Shown here: one piece after another, positions 13,187-20,680 of the stretch
How the letters are laid out: every line of letters begins with the position of its first letter
Position numbering within the stretch: position 1 is the stretch's first letter
NCBI GenBank assembly: GCA_049999805.1
Contig: JBNGIO010006163.1
Span: 126,107-150,159, forward strand
Direction of reading: 5' to 3'
Length of the DNA: 24,053 nt
Origin: Folioceros fuciformis
Taxonomy: Eukaryota
Made by a program: the position numbers and the translations under genes
Notes under the pieces: generated by a model
Databases searched by the model: none
What the model was told of the DNA's origin: nothing
Seen by the model: only the letters and a program-made list of their open reading frames with translations

Positions 13187-16100
13187 ATGGCTGCCTGGCG
13201 AGTTGTTGCATTTTATTTACACAGAGTAAGCCGTCCAATGGCCGGGGAGAGTGGGCAGCAGCATATCCTGTGGCGACAGTTTACCTTGAGCCATACACTC
13301 TGGTGGGGTAGCAAGCAACATGATCGTGGCCCAGACAGGCCTTCAGGATACGAAAAGGGTATAACGGCTCATACTGTGGGCAAACTATGTCAGCAGGGAC
13401 AGCTTCCTGAGGCTGTTGAAGCTCTGGGAGCTCTGGTGCAGACAGGATGTCCTGTTTCTCCATGCCTCTTTTACACTGTGTTGAAGACATGTGAGGGTGA
13501 AAGGGATCTTGTCGGGGGTCGGCGGGTCCATGCTTTCACCGTGGTGAGGGGTCATGAGTCTGACACGTTCCTTTGCAACCATTTCCTTCGAATGTATGCT
13601 TCTCATGGCAGGCTGCAAGAAGCGATGGATGTGTTTGAAGTGGTGTCCAAAACAGATGCCTTCACTTGGTCTGCCATCATTTCTGCCCATGTGAAACAGG
13701 GACAAGATAAGCGGGCCATACAGCTGTATCATCAGATGTGTAGGGCAAGCGTGAAGCCCGATGGGTATGTGTTTGTAGCAGCCCTTCAGGCGTGTGCCAG
13801 AGGGGCGGACTTGAATAGTGGGCAACAGGTGCATGCTCACGTGTTGGCTACTGGGTTTGAGCGCGATTCTTTCGTCTGTAATTCCTTGGTGGACATGTAT
13901 GCAAAGTGTGGCAGCTTGGAGGACGCTCAAAGACTGTTTGATGGACTTGGTACAAAGAATGTGGTGACATGGAATGCCTTGATAGCAGGGTATTCCAAGC
14001 AGGGCAGGGGGCAGGAGTCGCTTCATCTCTACAGTGAAATGCAAGAAGAAGGCATTGCTGCACCCGATGCAGTGACTTTTGTGAGCCTTCTACTGGCTTG
14101 TGCAAGTTTGGGCACGGCAGGTCTGGAGAAGGGAAAGCTGCTTCATGCACAGCTTAGAGAACGAGGATATCAAGCTGATCCTTTTGTGGCTAACAGTCTG
14201 GTCAACATGTATGCAAAGTGTGCCGAGGGCATAAACCTGGAAGCCCTTCATCTTTACAGCACCATGCAACAAGACGGCATGGCAGCCCCCGATCCTGTCA
14301 CTTTTGTGTGCCTCCTCCAGGCATGTGCAAGTGTCGGTACTCTGGGTTTGGAGAAGGGGAAGCAGCTTCATGCACAGATTAGAGAACTAGGATTCCAAGA
14401 TAATGTGATTTTAGGGAGCAGTTTGGTGAACATGTATGCGAAATGTGGCAGCCTAGATGATGCTCGTGGTGTGTTTGACAAGATCGGTCAAAAAGATGTG
14501 GTGACATGGAGTGCCATGATATCGGGATATTCCCAGCAGGGTATGGGACAGGAAGCGCTTCATCTCTACAGTGCTATGCAAGAAGAAGGCACGGTTACAC
14601 CTAATTCCGTGACATTTTTGTGTGTCCTACAGGCATGTGCAAGTGTGGGCAACCCAGCTTTACAGAAGGGAAAGCAGATCCATGCGCAGATCAGAGAGCA
14701 GGGACTCCAATCTGATGTCTCTGTCGCCAACAGTTTGGTGAACATGTATGCAAAATGTGGCAGCATAGAGGATGCTCGGGACCTGTTTGACAGGCTTATT
14801 AAGAAAGATGTGGTAACGTGGAGCGCCATGATTGCAGGATATTCCAAGCAAGGTATGGGGCAGGAAGCCCTTCAACTGTATAGTGTTTTGCAAGAAGAGG
14901 GCATCTTTGCACCCACTGCTGTGACGTTCGTTTGCCTGCTGCAGGCATGTGCAAGTGTAGGCGCTATGGCTTTGGAGAGGGGGAAGCAGCTCCATGCACA
15001 CATCAGAGAAGTAGGAGTTGAGGCTGATGTGTTTGTAGCCAACAGTTTGGTAAATATGTATGCTAAATGTGGCAGCCTAGAGGATGCTCAAGCTGTTTTT
15101 GACGGACTTGGTGAAAAAGATGTGGTGACATGGAGTGCCATGATAGCAGGGTATTCCCAGCAGGGTATGGGACAGGAAGCCCTGGATCTTTACAGTGTTA
15201 TGCAAGAAGAAGGCATTGTTGCACCCAATTCTGTGACATTTGTGTGCCTTCTGCAAGCGTGTGCCAGTGTGGGCACTCTGGCTTTGGAGAATGGGAAGCA
15301 ACTCCATGCTCGAATTAGGGAACAAGGACAAGAATCTGATGTATTCGTAGCAAGCAGTTTGGTTAATATGTATGCAAAGTGTGGCAGCCTACAGGATGCT
15401 CAGGGCGTATTCGATGGGCTTGGTCAAAAAAATGTGGTGACATGGACTGCGCTAATAGCAGGATATTTAGAGCAGGGCATGGGTCAGGAAGCTCTACGTC
15501 TTTACAGCGCTATGGAAGGTGAAGGCATTTTTACCTTCAGTTCAGCGACATATGTGTGCCTCCTGCAAGCATGTGCAAGCGTGGGCAACCCGGCTTTGGA
15601 GAAGGGAAAGCTGCTTCACATGCAAATCGCAGAACGAGGACTCCAAACCGATGTGTTTGTGTCAAGCAGCTTGGTAAACATGTACGCAAAATGTGGCAGC
15701 TTTGGAGATGCTCGTAGCGTGTTTGATAAACTTGATCAAAAAAATGTGGTGACATGGAATGCCATGATAGCAGGATACTCCCATCACGGCAAGGGGGAGG
15801 AAGCCCTTTGTCTGTATAGGGCTATGAAAGAAGGAGGCACAGTCGCACCTGATTCTGTGACGTTCGTGTGCCTTCTGCAGGCATGTGCTAACGTTGCCGC
15901 TTTCCATCTGGGAGGGCAGCTCCACGAGCAAATCAAGGAACAAGGGCTCCATACTGATGGAGTTGTAGCCATCAGTTTGATAAACATGTATGGAAAGTCG
16001 GGAAGCATGGCTGATGCACAACAGGTATTTGAGGCTTTGCCCGAGAGAGACGTTGTGGCATGGACTGCACTGATAGCAGGCTACGCTCTTCAAGGGGAGA

Positions 16101-16648
16101 CAAAGGTTGTGTTTGACCTAGTCCAGCGAATGGGAGAGGATGGCATCCAGCCCGTCGGCATCACGTTCATCAGTGTACTAACGGTCTGCAGTCACGCTGG
16201 CCTCGTGAACAAGGGTAGAGAATATTTTGATGCGATGCGCACACAATATGGTATCACTCCCACAGTGGAACACTACACATGCATGGTGGATCTCCTGGGC
16301 CGCGCGGGCCGGCTGGACGAGGCACTGGCTTTGGTTAGGACACTGGGTGTAGTGCCCAACGCTGCAATTTGGCACACGTTTTTGGGTTCTTGTCGAAAGT
16401 GGAGCAACGTGGAACTGGGACGCCATGCTTTTGATGAAGCTGTGAAGTTAGACGAGAAAGACGATGCAGCATATGTGCTGATGTCAAACATATACACCAG
16501 TGCGCAGATGTGGGAGCAGGCCGAGGAGATGCAGGCGATGAGGAAAGGAATCGGGGCCTGGAAAGAACCAGGCCAAAGCTGGTGGACAGACATGGACGGA
16601 CTGATTCATAGCTTTTTTGTAGGTAACAGGGCAGCACGCCGAGAGTGA
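13187..16648 (+). CDS. PLS-class pentatricopeptide repeat protein, E+/truncated DYW:WW type; putative organellar RNA-editing specificity factor
   Basis: Single uninterrupted ORF. First ATG is 13124; ATG 13187 (gtcATGG) has better context and begins an Arg-containing, acid-poor, transit-peptide-like MAAWRVVAFYLHRVSRP. About 29 PPR motifs in P-L-S order (VVTWSAMIAGYSQQG, VTFVCLLQACASVG, NSLVNMYAKCGSLEDA), terminal P2-L2-S2 (TFISVLTVCSHAGLV, EHYTCMVDLLGRAGRLDEA), E1, E2 (AYVLMSNIY), PG box EPGQSWWTD..HSFFVG, then stop. No HxE/CxxC deaminase signature. Confidence 0.95.
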   Translation: MAAWRVVAFYLHRVSRPMAGESGQQHILWRQFTLSHTLWWGSKQHDRGPDRPSGYEKGITAHTVGKLCQQGQLPEAVEALGALVQTGCPVSPCLFYTVLKTCEGERDLVGGRRVHAFTVVRGHESDTFLCNHFLRMYASHGRLQEAMDVFEVVSKTDAFTWSAIISAHVKQGQDKRAIQLYHQMCRASVKPDGYVFVAALQACARGADLNSGQQVHAHVLATGFERDSFVCNSLVDMYAKCGSLEDAQRLFDGLGTKNVVTWNALIAGYSKQGRGQESLHLYSEMQEEGIAAPDAVTFVSLLLACASLGTAGLEKGKLLHAQLRERGYQADPFVANSLVNMYAKCAEGINLEALHLYSTMQQDGMAAPDPVTFVCLLQACASVGTLGLEKGKQLHAQIRELGFQDNVILGSSLVNMYAKCGSLDDARGVFDKIGQKDVVTWSAMISGYSQQGMGQEALHLYSAMQEEGTVTPNSVTFLCVLQACASVGNPALQKGKQIHAQIREQGLQSDVSVANSLVNMYAKCGSIEDARDLFDRLIKKDVVTWSAMIAGYSKQGMGQEALQLYSVLQEEGIFAPTAVTFVCLLQACASVGAMALERGKQLHAHIREVGVEADVFVANSLVNMYAKCGSLEDAQAVFDGLGEKDVVTWSAMIAGYSQQGMGQEALDLYSVMQEEGIVAPNSVTFVCLLQACASVGTLALENGKQLHARIREQGQESDVFVASSLVNMYAKCGSLQDAQGVFDGLGQKNVVTWTALIAGYLEQGMGQEALRLYSAMEGEGIFTFSSATYVCLLQACASVGNPALEKGKLLHMQIAERGLQTDVFVSSSLVNMYAKCGSFGDARSVFDKLDQKNVVTWNAMIAGYSHHGKGEEALCLYRAMKEGGTVAPDSVTFVCLLQACANVAAFHLGGQLHEQIKEQGLHTDGVVAISLINMYGKSGSMADAQQVFEALPERDVVAWTALIAGYALQGETKVVFDLVQRMGEDGIQPVGITFISVLTVCSHAGLVNKGREYFDAMRTQYGITPTVEHYTCMVDLLGRAGRLDEALALVRTLGVVPNAAIWHTFLGSCRKWSNVELGRHAFDEAVKLDEKDDAAYVLMSNIYTSAQMWEQAEEMQAMRKGIGAWKEPGQSWWTDMDGLIHSFFVGNRAARRE
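13874..16050 (+). repeat. Coding tandem array of 312-bp S-P-L triplets within the PPR gene
   Basis: The (D/N)MY(A/G)K anchor codons start at 13892, 14204, 14429, 14741, 15053, 15365, 15677 and 15983, giving spacings of 312, 225, 312, 312, 312, 312 and 306 nt. Confidence 0.9.
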
Positions 16649-16734
16649 AGCTAGTTTTCTTAGACATGCAAGAGCTTTCGGGACAGGCAACCACAGGCGG
16701 ACTGGATGCGCAACCGAAATTCGTTCCATGTGAA
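16632..16734 (+). pseudogene. Frameshifted relic of the E+/N-terminal DYW segment continuing past the PPR stop
   Basis: The +1 frame from 16632 reads QHAESEA. After skipping one more base (16653) it reads VFLDMQELSGQATTGGLDAQPKFVPCE. This aligns without gaps to the recalled consensus HPExxxIYxxLxxLSGQMKEAGYVPDTKFVLHD. Confidence 0.55.
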
Positions 16735-17452
16735 CGACGAGCATATGTTGTTCATGAAACCCCATTGATATTTTTCCCTACCATTGCATCCTTCTTCGAC
16801 CATGTGGGCCAATGGAGACGTTGAAAGGTATGGTCCATGCATGAAGCTGAGAGCTTGATGGACGAAGCTGTTCAAAGTCACTACAAAATGGGTTGTAGCT
16901 CTAAAGTCTTGGATGGCAAGGCCGGCGATTTACAGCCGCCTCCGAAAGGACGGGCCGAAAGAAGGGAACATCCAAGGAAGGATATGTGGTAACGAAAGCT
17001 GTAACAATCGATAGCCAAAGGACCTTTGAATCAACATTCGATACACGTTCCCCCGACAGAACCGTGTGCTTTCGGCCAACGTTTTCAACGCAGTACCAAC
17101 ATAAGGTCTTCCGACACATAACAAGAGTCAAGTAGTTGCGCATTCAAAACGGTTGCATGTGTAGTACAGCGAACCTACAGTGTATTAGCAAAATATCTAA
17201 TATCCTGCAATTGAGAAAGGTTTACAACGAAATTTAATTTTTTTGGCTATTTGGTTGGTAGTTTAAAATTGCAATGCACATACCGTTTTCTCAATGCCCG
17301 CTGGATGGACACTCTTTGGCCTCCCTCTTTTGTGCATAGGGTTCTCTTACACATGCACAGGATTTGCATATTGAAAATAGCCATCTTACTCCTTAGCACT
17401 CATCCATGGGTCAGTGGAGCTTGCCTCTGAAGATCTAATGCTCTTCCCTAGG

Positions 17453-18441
17453 CTAACTCAATCTTGGACTTACAAAACCAAGTTGGAAAGCAACACTCTC
17501 AATTTCATCTCTTGATGGGAGTCCAGAAAAAGGCTCCTTTATTCCACAGCCTACCGCCCTTAAATAAAGGTACCCAATCCTATTTCTTATGGGTTCCCCC
17601 TTATTCAACATCTTCATTATCCCTCTTCTAATCTTGTCCAAGCTAGTCCTTTGCAATTGGTCCTCCCTCATATCCACTCCAAAAATAGAGGCAAGGACCT
17701 CATAGGTCTCATTGCATATGATTGCACCCCCATTGAGATCAATATCTACCACATCACCTGTGGCTGCCAACTCCACTCCTCTCCCTCTAGAGAGGCTTCC
17801 AAGTTCTCAAGGCCTCTAACCTCTAATGGTTATTCTAGTGTTTCTCTGTTGTGGTTCGTCATAAAAGTTTACCCTCTCAATTCAGTTGAGGTTTTACTAA
17901 ATGGTTCATTGGTTGTAACCTAGAGCTTCAATGTTCCCTCCCTCTTTCTCGAACAAACCATCGTCCTTTCTCTGGGCTACTTGCACTCTGGTCTCTCGCA
18001 AAAGTTTAACCTCCCTCAATCCATCGTCCTTTCTCTGGGCTACTTGCACTCTGGTCTCTCGCAAAAGTTTAACCTCCCTCAATCCAGCTGAGGTTCTATC
18101 ATATAGTCCACCAGATATAACCTATAGCTTCAAGGTTAGCTCCATACACCAAACAGTTGCAAAGCGGGGCATTAAAGAACCCTCCTTCTAATGGGAGCGG
18201 ACCTCATTGTCACAAAACCACATTGTTCTCAATTGGGCACTTGTGTTGTCACTGAACACACACAACACATGTCTAGGGCTTGGAGATTCAGCAAAAAATG
18301 TGCGTTCAAGGGTTTAGGCCACATAGCAGCAAGGTCAAGGCTCCAGCTGTCCAACATTGAGCCATTGAAGTCTTCAGTCCATTTAGTTGGGCACTCATAC
18401 ATACACATTGACTTAGATGAAACCTTGACAAACATGTGCAA
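17453..18441 (-). pseudogene. Decayed ORF fragments of unknown identity, probably a second gene of a transposable element
   Basis: Protein-like - strand pieces (17776-17453; an open stretch ~18116-17910; Cys-rich 18441-18229) separated by stops and frameshifts, divergent from the transposase relic. No family recognised. Confidence 0.3.
17958..18086. repeat. Perfect 63-bp tandem duplication
   Basis: ccatcgtcctttctctgggctacttgcactctggtctctcgcaaaagtttaacctccctcaat at 17958 and 18021. Confidence 0.95.
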
Positions 18442-18539
18442 GCATGGACGTCACACATAAAGTGATTATTCTATCTTTTCAACTCTCTTGGGTCATCCAG
18501 ATGTAAAGAATAGAAAAGTATTAAGAAGCTTTGGAGGCA

Positions 18540-19560
18540 CACCATGGAAGACTACGTGCCAAGCGAGCGAAGGTATATAAGCATTGCAACAAAAGCTATA
18601 TGAATGTACCCAAAGAAGTGTATTATGTCAGCAATCCATGGTATGGATTAGATAAAAGAAGTGTATTATGTCAACAATCCATGGTGTGGATTAGAAAAAA
18701 ATAGAGCTACTACATTTCTTAAGGTGGCTGATAAACATCAACGACAAGAATCACATTGTAGTGCATATTGTGGGCTACATGATCCACAACAACACAAGGC
18801 TATCTTGCACTATGCATGTTGGCAGAATGACATGAACTTGACCATGAGCCTCATTCAAGTGTCGTTTACAATAGCTACTTTGAAGGTGTGTTACCTAAGG
18901 TCTTATACTTTGAGCTAGATAATACACTCAAGGAGAACAAGAATCAACTTTTGTCTACGTATCTCAATATGCTAGTAGACACAACGACATTTGTGAAAGC
19001 AAAGGTTAGGTTCTTACTGATGGGGCACACACAAGACCTGATAGAACAAATATTTTCATGCTTCTCCAAAAGCCCAAAACACTAAGAGGCCCAGAGGTTG
19101 CAAATAATGTATGAGATACTGGCCACCTCTTACACTCCTTCACTAGAGGTGAAAGTGTTAATTGAACTACTAAACTTAAGGAGGTTTATGTGACCCTTGT
19201 AATAGGATCAAGATAGCTATCATACATACGATACAATTGGGGGACGTCTTGATAATATGTTATTTCAATATCAATTCAACATCACCAAGGAAGATAATGA
19301 AGAGTGTGGTCCATTAATTGTAAGTCGTAGCAAGTAATACTCAACTTCAAACATGTAGAAGACCAAAGGTGGAGTTCTTGGAGTTCGTACCATCATGAGA
19401 AATATCAATAGCACCCTCTCAAGCTTTGTGAGAAGGAACAAGAAAAGTTTGGAGAGTGACTTGAAACTTATTAAAGGATTAGCACATTTTAGTAAGGATT
19501 TGTAGGGTTGCAGCCGTACATCATAGTGGAAGAGAACATGTAGAAAGAACACTTCTAGAA
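18540..19560 (+). mobile_element. Degenerate DNA-transposon transposase (DUF7869 / Sola-like DDE type), pseudogenised
   Basis: Collinear motifs across frames: IHGMD*..K and D*KKIELLHF (cf. DGMDQxKTxLPHF), NDMNLTMSLI, LPKVLYFELDNTLKENKNQ (cf. LPxxLxxQxDNxxxENKN), VRFLLMGHTQDLIEQIFS (cf. FLxVGHTHxDIDQxFS), YQFNITK..SK*YST. Many stops and frameshifts. Superfamily assignment is from memory, and element ends were not found. Confidence 0.75.
18612..18697. repeat. 43-bp tandem duplication disrupting the transposase frame
   Basis: aaagaagtgtattatgtca(g/a)caatccatggt(a/g)tggattaga at 18612 and 18655. Confidence 0.9.
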
Positions 19561-19746
19561 GAAGCAATAGAAGATGGTTAGTACAGTTAAGAGTGGTGTC
19601 GGCTCGACATTGAAGACCTTAGTGTAGTGGTTCTTGTGGCTTAAGGTGAAGAAGATTTCTCAACCATTTTACGTGCCTAATGTAACGCTATTGGCTAAGG
19701 CTTTATTATAAGACCTACCAAGACCAGACATGTATGTTGGTAGGTG

Positions 19747-19856
19747 TAGAAGACACAACTGCCAATAGTAAGAGATGGAGTGAGTGAATAACAAAATTGA
19801 TAGAAGACACAATTGCCAATAGTAAGAGATGGAGTGAGTGAATAACAAAATTGATA
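19747..19856. repeat. 54-bp tandem duplication
   Basis: tagaagacacaa(c/t)tgccaatagtaagagatggagtgagtgaataacaaaattga at 19747 and 19801, one mismatch. Confidence 0.93.
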
Positions 19857-19962
19857 AAATTACGAATAATATATTTATTACAATGCCTTGCTGCACATAT
19901 ATACACAACATACCATAATGGTACTTTGTGTACAAGTCCAAAATGATTTTGGACTAGCAAAG

Positions 19963-20039
19963 TTGAAGAAACAAAACTTGATAACTCTTGAAGAAATGAA
20001 ACTTGATAACTCTTGAAGAAACGAAACTTGATAACTCTT
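19963..20039. repeat. 25-bp tandem repeat, three copies
   Basis: ttgaagaaa(ca/tg/cg)aaacttgataactc at 19963, 19988 and 20013. Confidence 0.92.
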
Positions 20040-20680
20040 CGCCAAATACCATAGTGTAGGGGAAAAAAACTTTCGAGACTCCCATTTTGAAAAGCAGAAT
20101 GCACAGGTTGTGTGTTTTTCTGTGAAGATACGAGTGGATCGGCTTAGTATGGGAATAAAACAGGGTATTTATACTCAAGAGGCTCCTTGGCCCTTGGTGT
20201 TTCGATAGGATTGAGTGACAGGACCGAGGAGAAGCGTGTTCAAGAGTGTCCTTCGCCCTTGGTGGTTCAGGAGTACTCAGGTGTCTATATATGCACCCCC
20301 CCTAGGAAATAAGAAATAGGAAATGGGGTAGGGGCCGCCTAGGTAGTGGTGGACTTAGGCGGAAAACCGGAGTGTGATGACTGGGCGACGGTAGCCGGTT
20401 GGGCGACCGTCGTGGAAGGGGAACCGGCGGTAGCCCAACCGGCGGTAGTGGAACGGCAACGATAGTACAAAACCCTAGAGAGAGTCAAGGAAAATTCTAG
20501 GCAGTAATCGAGGCAGGGGCGTCCGCGGGTTGGAGAAGGAGCGGAAGTAGACGCGAAGAGCGACGACGGCTGGAGGTGGAGCGGGAGCTTAGGCAATATA
20601 GCAGAACGGGCGGAGAGCGCCGGCAACCACAAGCGCAGGAGGGTAGCAGGGTTCGCAGCACGGGGGAAAAATCAGGCAGG

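Noticed and set aside
13281..16765. Antisense and alternative-frame ORFs over the PPR gene
   Set aside because: Shadows of the repetitive PPR coding sequence, with no independent motifs.
17135..17190. RIQNGCMCS as a remnant of the DYW C-terminal FxxGxCSC
   Set aside because: Too short, with no HSE or CxxC upstream at the proper spacing and no DYW-like end.
18140..18270. Possible PHD-finger relic on the - strand (CCVCS...ENNVVL...WCME)
   Set aside because: Needs several frameshifts and most ligands are missing; not supportable without a search.
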